From IMG/VR virus record IMGVR_UViG_3300009161_000023, positions 32,001 to 96,000 of that record: DNA of 64,000 bases, one strand, 5' to 3'. The DNA comes from a virus. Under the pieces are notes generated by a model. It was not told the DNA's origin and ran no database searches. It worked only from the letters and a program-made list of their open reading frames with translations. Every line of letters begins with the position of its first letter. Position 1 is the stretch's first letter. The position numbers and the translations under genes were made by a program. Positions 55,986 to 64,000 of the stretch are shown here, piece after piece.

Positions 55986-58514
55986 TTAAAAATTTTCTTC
56001 TGAATGATCAATATCTTCATGATCTTGCTCAGAAGCATAGTCTTCAATATTCATATCGTATTTTTCTAAATCTTCTTTGCTTGGTTCCGCTAAAAGCGAA
56101 CCAGATTGTTTTGAACTTGTAGGAGGAGTAGTACCGCCTAATTCTCCACCTGTATCAGGACTTGGAGAAGTTTCGCCACTTTCTGGTGGCTGTAATAATG
56201 TATTTGGGCCTTCAGGGGTTGCTCCAATTTCAGGATTTTCCTTAGAATCTGTTCCTTCGGCAGGAATACCTACACCAAGAAGCTGAGGATTTTGAGTAAT
56301 AATTTGCATCTTAGCATCTTCAAGTTTTTGAAGTTTCATTCTTGCTACAATTTCTTCAGTCTCATCAGGAGTATACTTCATCCACTTGTTTAGAATGTCA
56401 TAATCAGAAAGCATAAGAGAACTCTTTAGAGATGTGGCATTTGTAATTCTAGCTGCCATAACATCTGCTCTGCTAAGTTCTCTCCAATCTGATGGAGGAG
56501 TCATTTTTATAGTTAAATCTAAATATGATTCTTTGGGATAACCTTTTAACCTTAAATGTCTATCAGCAATTTCCCATAACCCATCTTCGAAGCAAGATTG
56601 AAATCTTTCAATTAATCTTGCAAATCTAACATCTTGAGCACTTAATGAAATTTTTGTAATATTTACATCTTCAACATTAAAATAATTTTTAGGAAAATTA
56701 AGTGCTGTGAATAATTTATTTCTAAAGTACAAGCAATCATCTACCTCACCTAAGTTTTGAGCACCAGGTAATGTTTCAATTTTAGTATTGCTATTTGGTC
56801 TTATTGGTAGCCAATAATCTTCGTCTTGCGAAGGAGCATGCCATTTTTCATCTACACTATTTGCACCAGATGAGTAACGCATTTGCGTTTTTCTTTTTCT
56901 AAATTGATCTTTCATTCTTTCGATAAATGATTCTGCTTTAAATGGAGGCAAAGTACCAACATCTATGTAAAAAACCCTGCGTTCTGGTGCTCTACTTAGT
57001 CTGTAAACAAGCATTGCATCTTCACATAGTCTTACTTGTTGTGCAGGTCCTCTGGCAGCTTCAACAACTGAAACACCATAAGGATAAAAGCTTTTCCTAT
57101 CTTCTCCAATTCTGATGTGAATTATTTGTTCTGGTGCAAATCTTATTGCTGTAGAATTTATCATTTGCGTATCAGTAGTAGCTACTATTGGAGAAGAAAT
57201 TAAAGATGTGTAATCTGGCCCTTCTTTGCTTTGTTGAAACTCAACTATTTTACCTTTTGTAGTTTCTATTCGATACATAGAATCAACTGGCAACCTTGCA
57301 ATTTTATAAATTCCCTCTGTAGGATTTTCTTGATTAATTACAATTTCCCAAAACAAATCTCCATAAACTAAAAGATTTTTAAAATCTCCCCAAACTGTAC
57401 GATTTAAATTAAGCATGCTTCTGTGATAAAGCAAAAATTTTAATTCTGATTTAATATCTTCATTTTCACAAGAAATTGTAAAAATATTACCATCTGTATC
57501 TCTTTGGCAATTATGAACAATAATTGAATCTGTTGCGAAGTTATGATGGTTTTCAACTGTCATATCATATACTTCCTGTACAGATCCTTTTTCTACAGCC
57601 ATTACAACTCTTCTGTCTTTATAAGTTTTTAAATACTTCATTTCTTTTACAGAAAATCCATTTTTGCTAAGTCTATATTTTGTAGTTCTCCAATCAACTT
57701 TAGTTAAGGTTGCAACATCTTTGCATTTTAATCCAAGGCTTATAAGTTTCGTTGTTTCGTTTATTTTTTCATATTTATTTAAATCTTTTTCAGCTTTAAA
57801 TTCTTCAATAAATTGTCTTTCGTGAATCCATCCCTTTTGGTGGGTGTATATTCTTGGAAATTGATTTATTTTTGATTTTGTTAAATCTTGATTTGCTTTT
57901 AATCTATAAAATGGCATTAATTGATCATGAAATTTTAAGTCGCCAGCTTGTTTCCAAGTTCCATTTTTCATTAAAATACGATGATCAGCAGTACATTCAA
58001 TGTGTTCACCATTATCAAAATATACCTTTACTGTTTCTGCTGTTTTTGTAATTCTTACATCGTAAGCCCAACTTAAGGCATAATCTTCTTTTTCAAAATC
58101 ATAACAATAAACTAAAAATTTCTGATTTTTCTTTATTTCATATAATTCTTTTATAGTTTTTTGACCAAAAGGCGTTGATATTTTTGTATCGCCAGCCAAG
58201 CAAGCTTCATCTGTATAAACATTTATTACAGATTCAATTTCTGGCATAGATCTTAATCTATCATATTCCTTATATCTACTCATTCTATTTGAAATCGTAG
58301 AAAGATCTATAAAATCATTGCTTTCTCTTAGTCTTACCAACCTTTGATCTTGATTTCCATAAAATCCACCGTCTGGTGAAATAGAAGGAACTGAATCTGG
58401 ATTTTGAATACCAGCACCAACAATATCTCTCGTAGAAATCTTTTTAGAGATTGGATCATCTGAGAAAGCGTAAGTAAAAGTCTTGTAAAAATTAGCCCAA
58501 ATTGGTGAAGGCAT
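55986..58514 (-). CDS. gp20: portal protein (gp20-like) containing an intein
   Basis: EDAMLVYRLSRAPERRVFYIDVG.LP..KAE, EDYWLP.R, TLPGAQNLGE..D..YF..KL..AL. Confidence 0.93.
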   Translation of the reverse strand: MPSPIWANFYKTFTYAFSDDPISKKISTRDIVGAGIQNPDSVPSISPDGGFYGNQDQRLVRLRESNDFIDLSTISNRMSRYKEYDRLRSMPEIESVINVYTDEACLAGDTKISTPFGQKTIKELYEIKKNQKFLVYCYDFEKEDYALSWAYDVRITKTAETVKVYFDNGEHIECTADHRILMKNGTWKQAGDLKFHDQLMPFYRLKANQDLTKSKINQFPRIYTHQKGWIHERQFIEEFKAEKDLNKYEKINETTKLISLGLKCKDVATLTKVDWRTTKYRLSKNGFSVKEMKYLKTYKDRRVVMAVEKGSVQEVYDMTVENHHNFATDSIIVHNCQRDTDGNIFTISCENEDIKSELKFLLYHRSMLNLNRTVWGDFKNLLVYGDLFWEIVINQENPTEGIYKIARLPVDSMYRIETTKGKIVEFQQSKEGPDYTSLISSPIVATTDTQMINSTAIRFAPEQIIHIRIGEDRKSFYPYGVSVVEAARGPAQQVRLCEDAMLVYRLSRAPERRVFYIDVGTLPPFKAESFIERMKDQFRKRKTQMRYSSGANSVDEKWHAPSQDEDYWLPIRPNSNTKIETLPGAQNLGEVDDCLYFRNKLFTALNFPKNYFNVEDVNITKISLSAQDVRFARLIERFQSCFEDGLWEIADRHLRLKGYPKESYLDLTIKMTPPSDWRELSRADVMAARITNATSLKSSLMLSDYDILNKWMKYTPDETEEIVARMKLQKLEDAKMQIITQNPQLLGVGIPAEGTDSKENPEIGATPEGPNTLLQPPESGETSPSPDTGGELGGTTPPTSSKQSGSLLAEPSKEDLEKYDMNIEDYASEQDHEDIDHSEENF
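57510..58202 (-). mobile_element. 231-aa intein in portal
   Basis: DEA|CLAGDT block A; ECTADH block B; VYDMTVE.HHNF...IIVHN|C blocks F/G with +1 Cys. Confidence 0.92.
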
Positions 58515-58560
58515 ATAATTCCTTTGAATCTTTATATTATTATTATTATAATAGTTATAA

Positions 58561-59175
58561 ATGTTAAGTTTAAAATTATTACAAAAGAAAGCTATTTTAC
58601 TTGCAAGCCATTATGGTTGTGAGGTCTTTAATTTATATAACAATTTAATTAATATCAATAGAATCAACGGATTTTTGAGGAAAAGTCCTAAAAGAATTAG
58701 TGATTACGATGATCCAGCATGTTCTTATTTATTTTCAAATAAACATTTATATCCAAAAAAAGACAAGATATATTTAGATGTTTTGTTATTTAATTACCAA
58801 ATAAGCTGTAAAGAATTATTTAAAAATCAGAGTTTAGAATTTTTATTCTATTTAGGAAATGGAATTTCTACAGTAGAAAAAATTGTACAAACTACTGGAT
58901 TGGAAAAAGAAGCTGCAAGAAGATATTATTGTTTTAGATTAAGAAGGCTTTGCGAAATGATAGAAAAGCTTCCAAATTGTTATGTTTTCATCGAAGGAAT
59001 TTCTAAACTTGAAAATTTAAGTATTTATCTTAACGAAAAGTATAAAATTATACCTGATGTTAAATTAAATTATTCTATAAAAATTGAAAGTCAAGGAATT
59101 CCTGAAAATTGCTTTGAAAGATATTATGCTTTTATACAGCACTGCGATGAGAAAAAATTTCTTAAAATAATTTAA
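58561..59175 (+). CDS. hypothetical protein
   Basis: ORF track. Confidence 0.5.
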   Translation: MLSLKLLQKKAILLASHYGCEVFNLYNNLININRINGFLRKSPKRISDYDDPACSYLFSNKHLYPKKDKIYLDVLLFNYQISCKELFKNQSLEFLFYLGNGISTVEKIVQTTGLEKEAARRYYCFRLRRLCEMIEKLPNCYVFIEGISKLENLSIYLNEKYKIIPDVKLNYSIKIESQGIPENCFERYYAFIQHCDEKKFLKII

Positions 59176-59489
59176 TCGATCAGAATTGTTATTGGGTTGT
59201 TTTCTTGAGAATTAGTAGGATTTTTAATTTTTTTAATGTTTTTTTCTTGTTCTTTAATCATATTATCAAGATTATTTACAATTGTTTTTAATTGATAATC
59301 ATTAAGTTGCACAGCTAAATTATTGGAAATATTATTTTGTTCTCTTTTATCTCTTTTTTTTTCAACTTTTTCAACAATAGAAAGTGCAGACCTAAGAATT
59401 GGTTTAATATTTTCAAAAACAAAGTCATTAGGTGTATTCTGCAAAGCCAATAATAAATGTTTTTTTAAAATACTAGTATTATGTTTCAT
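59172..59489 (-). CDS. hypothetical protein
   Basis: ORF in the terminase-portal operon. Confidence 0.55.
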   Translation of the reverse strand: MKHNTSILKKHLLLALQNTPNDFVFENIKPILRSALSIVEKVEKKRDKREQNNISNNLAVQLNDYQLKTIVNNLDNMIKEQEKNIKKIKNPTNSQENNPITILID

Positions 59490-59490
59490 G

Positions 59491-60312
59491 TTATTTCCTT
59501 ATAAAGTCAAATATTTGAAATTTATTATCAAAAATAGAAAAAGCATTTTTGTCGTCAGATACAACTTCATTTTTCCTGCATTTTACCTGAATATTATTTT
59601 TAAAAGGCCTAATACTTAATTTTTCATTTTCTAAAAACGCACATTTTAAAAACAACATATTTTTCTTAACTTCATCTATGTTTTTTATATGTTCAAAACT
59701 TACAAATAAATTAATTAAAGATTTATCTTTATTTCTATTTTCAAAAAATTCATTAAATTCTTTGTTTTTACAATTTAAAATATTTATTTTTTTATTTTCA
59801 AAATTAATATTCAATTCAAATTCTTCTTTTTTATTTGTAATTTTAAATTTATTTATAGGTAAAAAACAATCATAATCTTTAGATGTTATTTCAAAATAAT
59901 CATCTTTATTAGTTGATATTAGCATCTCAGAAATTAATAATTTTGCATAATTAGCATTTTTAAATGTTTGATTGCTTAATTCATCTGCATAGCTTTCAAA
60001 AAAATCATTTATGCAATTGTCATCAGCGTATATTTTTAAAAAATCTGGTATTGCATTTTCTTTATAATAATTTCTACATTCTACTAAAAATTCATTTTTA
60101 TTTTTATTAATATTTCTATTAAATAATGAAATTTCTTTCAAACTTAATTTGTCTAGATTGTAATCAATAAAATTTTTATCAATTAAACAATTTTTAATCC
60201 ATTCCGATGAAAACATATTATTTCTTAATGCTTTTTTATATTCATTAAGTTTTATTTTTATACTTAGCTTAGTTTCTTTTTTAAGTAAGCTTTCTTTAAA
60301 AGATATTACCAT
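59491..60312 (-). CDS. hypothetical protein
   Basis: ORF coupled to the terminase stop. Confidence 0.5.
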   Translation of the reverse strand: MVISFKESLLKKETKLSIKIKLNEYKKALRNNMFSSEWIKNCLIDKNFIDYNLDKLSLKEISLFNRNINKNKNEFLVECRNYYKENAIPDFLKIYADDNCINDFFESYADELSNQTFKNANYAKLLISEMLISTNKDDYFEITSKDYDCFLPINKFKITNKKEEFELNINFENKKINILNCKNKEFNEFFENRNKDKSLINLFVSFEHIKNIDEVKKNMLFLKCAFLENEKLSIRPFKNNIQVKCRKNEVVSDDKNAFSIFDNKFQIFDFIRK

Positions 60313-62090
60313 CCAAACTCCTTAAGCATGTCATTGTTTTTTCTGTACTTTTCTATTAATAAAGTCTTTGCTTCTTCGTTTAATTTACTGCCTTCAAACT
60401 TATCTTCTTTATAATTATTGCCATAATCTGATATATTTAATCTTAACTCTCTTTTAAGTTCTTCTAATGTTTGATTTTTAATCACAGCTAAATTATTTGG
60501 ATCTGTAGAATTATTATCTCCAACATTAAATGAAGCTATATCTCTAAAAATTTGTTCTCTTGCGTATAAAGCTATAGATAAAGACATTATAGCATCATCA
60601 TGCTTTCCTTTTTGTGCTTGGGCTTTTTTACTTACTGTATTATATTCAAATGTTTTAATCTCTTTGGAAAATCTTGTGGAATTAATTTTAATTTGACTAT
60701 TATAAATTTTTTGTTGTAAGTTTTGTAAAATTACTGTTCGATTTTTAATCGTAATTTTAATACCAGGCTTTATATTGTTTTTAGTTTGATTGTCATAGTA
60801 CAAATTTTCATAATAATAATCATGTTGTAGAGCATTTAATATTGCACCTCCTGTGGACATATCTTCAATTACCAACAAAGCATTATTGTAAAAAGAGCCT
60901 ATTTCTTTACAGACTTGAGAAAATTCATGGGTTGGAATATTATTACTATAAAATTCAGCTACTTGCTCTAAGGTATTTTGATTTATTATTTGTATACATG
61001 AATTATCTCCGTGATCTCCAATTCCTTCGGCTGAATCTACACCAGCTATATATTCTTGTCCATTTTGCGGTTCTTTCCATATCCATAAAGAACCTTTAGA
61101 ATCTTCTTCTTCTAATTCATCGTTCCGATTTGCAAATTGAGGAAATAATTTTTTTAATGGTGGTGATTCTCTAGTGTATTTATCTATCTCAGTCAACTTA
61201 TTAGAAGCAATATAAGTTTCTCCAGAACCTAAAAACACCCTTAGCACTTCTTGTAAAAACCCTCTTTCTCCAAGTTGAGATTTTTGTTCTTTTACCCATT
61301 GTGGATTTAGTTTATCATTATAATCAGGATGTTCCCAATAATCTAAATCAATAACATTAAACATGTTTTTCTTTTCATTTGCAGCATTATAAGTTTCTTC
61401 GTACCAGTTACCAACACCGTTTACAGTAGAAATTATAACACAGCTTCCACCTGTACTTAAAACAGGCCACATAGCTTTCCAATGAGTTTCCATATCTGGG
61501 ATAAATGCAGCTTCATCAATTATTAATAATGTTGTTGCTTTACCACGGGCAGCTTCAGGCGAATAAAACATTAAATTGCCACCAGTTTCAGAAAATTGCT
61601 TTAAATGATCATTCCATTTTCCTTCTTTTTTTGGCTTCAACCATTCTGGTAAATTTTCTGCTGCTCTGTCTACCATCATACCAATAACAGTTGCTTCACG
61701 ATCAGTTTTTGATAAAAGCATGACTTGTTGATCTAACCTAAACATACATCGCCACATTCCCCAAAGCAAAGTAGTGGTCGTTAATCCTCCTTGACGGAAT
61801 TTACTAATAATATTAAATCTTTTTCTCTCGTAATCTTTAATACATTTTACTTGATAAGTAAACATAATAAATGGTATCAAGCCTTTTGTTGGATGTAGTA
61901 TTTTTACATATTTATGACAAAAATAAGAGAAACTTTTAGTGCATTTTACAATTTCTTCTTGTTGTTTTCTTACATCATAAGTATTTAATTCAGCTACGGT
62001 TTCATTTGGATTAATTTCAAATTGATAGTTATCAAAATGATAGAAGCTTTGATTGTATTTACTGTAATAAAAATTTTTATAATTTGCCAT
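60306..62090 (-). CDS. gp17: terminase large subunit (gp17-like)
   Basis: KFRQGGLTT Walker A region, LLIIDEAAFI Walker B, ISTVNG, GVDSAEG..DNS, GKHDDAIM. Confidence 0.95.
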   Translation of the reverse strand: MANYKNFYYSKYNQSFYHFDNYQFEINPNETVAELNTYDVRKQQEEIVKCTKSFSYFCHKYVKILHPTKGLIPFIMFTYQVKCIKDYERKRFNIISKFRQGGLTTTTLLWGMWRCMFRLDQQVMLLSKTDREATVIGMMVDRAAENLPEWLKPKKEGKWNDHLKQFSETGGNLMFYSPEAARGKATTLLIIDEAAFIPDMETHWKAMWPVLSTGGSCVIISTVNGVGNWYEETYNAANEKKNMFNVIDLDYWEHPDYNDKLNPQWVKEQKSQLGERGFLQEVLRVFLGSGETYIASNKLTEIDKYTRESPPLKKLFPQFANRNDELEEEDSKGSLWIWKEPQNGQEYIAGVDSAEGIGDHGDNSCIQIINQNTLEQVAEFYSNNIPTHEFSQVCKEIGSFYNNALLVIEDMSTGGAILNALQHDYYYENLYYDNQTKNNIKPGIKITIKNRTVILQNLQQKIYNSQIKINSTRFSKEIKTFEYNTVSKKAQAQKGKHDDAIMSLSIALYAREQIFRDIASFNVGDNNSTDPNNLAVIKNQTLEELKRELRLNISDYGNNYKEDKFEGSKLNEEAKTLLIEKYRKNNDMLKEFGW

Positions 62091-62161
62091 TGGTTTCTCT
62101 TGTTTTATATACTATGTTTATTTATAATATTATTGTTATTATTTAATAAAAAGGAGATAAT

Positions 62162-62599
62162 ATGAATTTAGAAACATTAATTCAAAATTTAAAAGAAGAT
62201 TTAAAAAACGAAAGAAAGCATATGCTTTTTTATTTAACAAACGCAAGTACTGTAATAGGACTTTGTAGATTTGAAATAAAAGAGTTTTTATTAGAAGAAG
62301 CTGCTAGTGAGATGAAACATGTTGAACAATTTCAAAATTTAATTTTAGGATTAAATGGTGAAATTAATGATTGTGAGCATAATCACTTTGATGTATTTAA
62401 AGATGCTGGTGAAATATTAACATATGCTTACAAGATGGAAACTGAAGTAGTTTATAACTACACAAGAAGAATTAAAGAAGCACAAGAATTAAATGACTCT
62501 AATGGATTATGGATTGAAATATTCTTAGAAAGTCAAATTGCTAAGAGCAGAGAAGATATAGATAACATTAAACAGGTATTGGCAGGTATTAAACAATAG
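62162..62599 (+). CDS. ferritin/bacterioferritin-like four-helix protein
   Basis: E..H (EMKH), spaced Glu ligands, Y; AGGAG RBS. Confidence 0.8.
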   Translation: MNLETLIQNLKEDLKNERKHMLFYLTNASTVIGLCRFEIKEFLLEEAASEMKHVEQFQNLILGLNGEINDCEHNHFDVFKDAGEILTYAYKMETEVVYNYTRRIKEAQELNDSNGLWIEIFLESQIAKSREDIDNIKQVLAGIKQ

Positions 62600-62643
62600 T
62601 AAAAATACTTATTAATAATTTTTATATTATTAATAAATATTAC

Positions 62644-63327
62644 ATGCCAATATCAACACCCAAAAAATTAGTATTTGTTCATGTGCCAAAAACTGGTGGC
62701 CAAACAATTTTGAAGTATTTAAAATTTGAAAGAAAAATCAGAGCTTTTTACGGTAGAACAAAACATGTTTTTGAAAATACTAAATACGGTAAAAAAACAA
62801 TTTCTGGTATTGAATATAGCCATTATACTTTAAGCCTTTTTAAAAAATATTTAAATTACAAAGAATTTAAATATTCTTTTTCTTTTGTAAGAAATCCATT
62901 TGAAAGATTAGTTTCAGAGTTTCATTGGAGAATAAGAGCAAGAATCTCGTGTTGGCCTCTCCAAGATATAGAGCTTAAACCAAGTAACTTTGAAATGTTT
63001 GTACATAAATTATCAGAATATAAACTTAGTTATTCTGAAAAAGATCTTATCTTGGAATCTCATTATTACCCACAGACTAAATTTGTTTATTTAGATTCAT
63101 ATTTTGAAAATAATAATAAAAATGCAAAGGTTTCATTTATTGGTAGATTTGAAAATTTAGAAGAAGATTTAAAAAAAATAGGATCTATTTATAATATTGA
63201 TCGTATAATTCCTTGGCGAAATTCCACATCACATGAAGACTATAAAAGTTTCTATAACAAAACTACTAAAAAGCTAGTTGAGAAAATTTATGAAACTGAC
63301 TTAAATAATTTTAATTATATTTTTTGA
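62644..63327 (+). CDS. sulfotransferase family 2
   Basis: FVHVPKTGGQTI, FSFVRNPFERLVSEF, HYYPQ, FIGRFENLEED, YETD...FNY. Confidence 0.9.
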   Translation: MPISTPKKLVFVHVPKTGGQTILKYLKFERKIRAFYGRTKHVFENTKYGKKTISGIEYSHYTLSLFKKYLNYKEFKYSFSFVRNPFERLVSEFHWRIRARISCWPLQDIELKPSNFEMFVHKLSEYKLSYSEKDLILESHYYPQTKFVYLDSYFENNNKNAKVSFIGRFENLEEDLKKIGSIYNIDRIIPWRNSTSHEDYKSFYNKTTKKLVEKIYETDLNNFNYIF

Positions 63328-63396
63328 AAATTATGTTACTTATTATAAATAAAATTAAGAAAACTATATCAGTTAAAATATAAGAAAGCAGAAGTT

Positions 63397-64000
63397 ATGG
63401 CATTTTTTCAAAATCCGTTTGAGTTTACATTTAATGGTTCTTTATTTGGGATTGGCCCTCAATACAATATTTCCTATGGAATAGGGGCAAATAGAAATAA
63501 ATCTAATTATATTACTTTGTATAATCTTGAACCTTATGATTTGTCTCAAGGAGCAGAATTAATTTTTAATGTTGCAATTGATCCAGACATGCTTCACTTT
63601 GGTTCTTTTTCTGTTACTATAACAGGATTAGATCTTACTGCTATTACAGCTGCTGAAGTTGCTGCATCTTTAAATTCGAATGTTAATTTTAGTCAATATT
63701 TTACTGCGAAAACTATTAAATTTGCTGCGAGCGATATTAATAGTACAGTTTTAATGGTTGCTAAAAATAGAATGTTCTTTAGATGTTATGTTTCTAATGC
63801 AAGTGCATGCTTTCCTTTAGCTATAAATAAATATGCACCAGTTAAAGAGCTTCCAGATCTTTTTCAACAATATGCTGTTAAAAATATTTTTAACTATTTA
63901 AGCTATGGATCTCAAAGAATAATTTATCTAGATCCTTCTTCTCCTGATGATGCTAAGGTTATTACTAATGCTGGATTTGATCCTGATAATCCAACTCCTG
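63397..64000 (+). CDS. 3'-partial probable structural protein (MAFFQNPFEFTF...)
   Basis: Manual translation, open to the window end; TAAEVAASLN motif typical of sheath-domain/structural proteins. Confidence 0.6.
   Translation, partial: MAFFQNPFEFTFNGSLFGIGPQYNISYGIGANRNKSNYITLYNLEPYDLSQGAELIFNVAIDPDMLHFGSFSVTITGLDLTAITAAEVAASLNSNVNFSQYFTAKTIKFAASDINSTVLMVAKNRMFFRCYVSNASACFPLAINKYAPVKELPDLFQQYAVKNIFNYLSYGSQRIIYLDPSSPDDAKVITNAGFDPDNPTP

Noticed and set aside
1-64000. Alternative genetic code (TAG/TGA recoding), seen in some large phages
   Set aside because: Conserved genes (MCP, portal, terminase, sheath) are full length in code 11, and TGA/TAG stops fall at expected C-termini (e.g. MCP ...ANFII-TGA).

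Overview
Very AT-rich window from the morphogenesis region of a large T4-related (Tevenvirinae-like or jumbo) myophage, read in standard code 11. It holds a head module on the minus strand (large terminase gp17, intein-containing portal gp20, prohead core, protease gp21, scaffold gp22, major capsid gp23), neck genes (gp13, gp14) and a tail module (gp15, sheath gp18, two gp19-like tubes). A gp55-like late sigma factor and a gp26-like chaperone are also present; the chaperone appears joined to an unannotated gp51-like ORF by a -1 frameshift at T TTT TTC. Interspersed are many auxiliary genes: CTP synthase, class II glutamine amidotransferase, IspD/TarI-like cytidylyltransferase, LicD, a GT25-kinase fusion, an RgpF-like protein, GT2 and GT9-like proteins, two sulfotransferases, a GNAT-like protein, an acyl carrier protein, an McsA-like protein, a ferritin-like protein, S8 and S1 proteases, a Nudix hydrolase, a prim-pol and an Hjc-like resolvase. 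Notable patterns: (i) about 12 otherwise unrelated ORFs share a T4-like capsid-targeting N-terminal leader; (ii) a four-gene cassette array has a conserved MGASSVxG anchor and a duplicated leader; (iii) Thr-rich mucin-like repeat proteins lie near glyco/sulfo-modifying enzymes, suggesting a virion or host surface-decoration system. All family calls are from motif recognition by eye, not database searches. No tRNA, rRNA or CRISPR array was seen.
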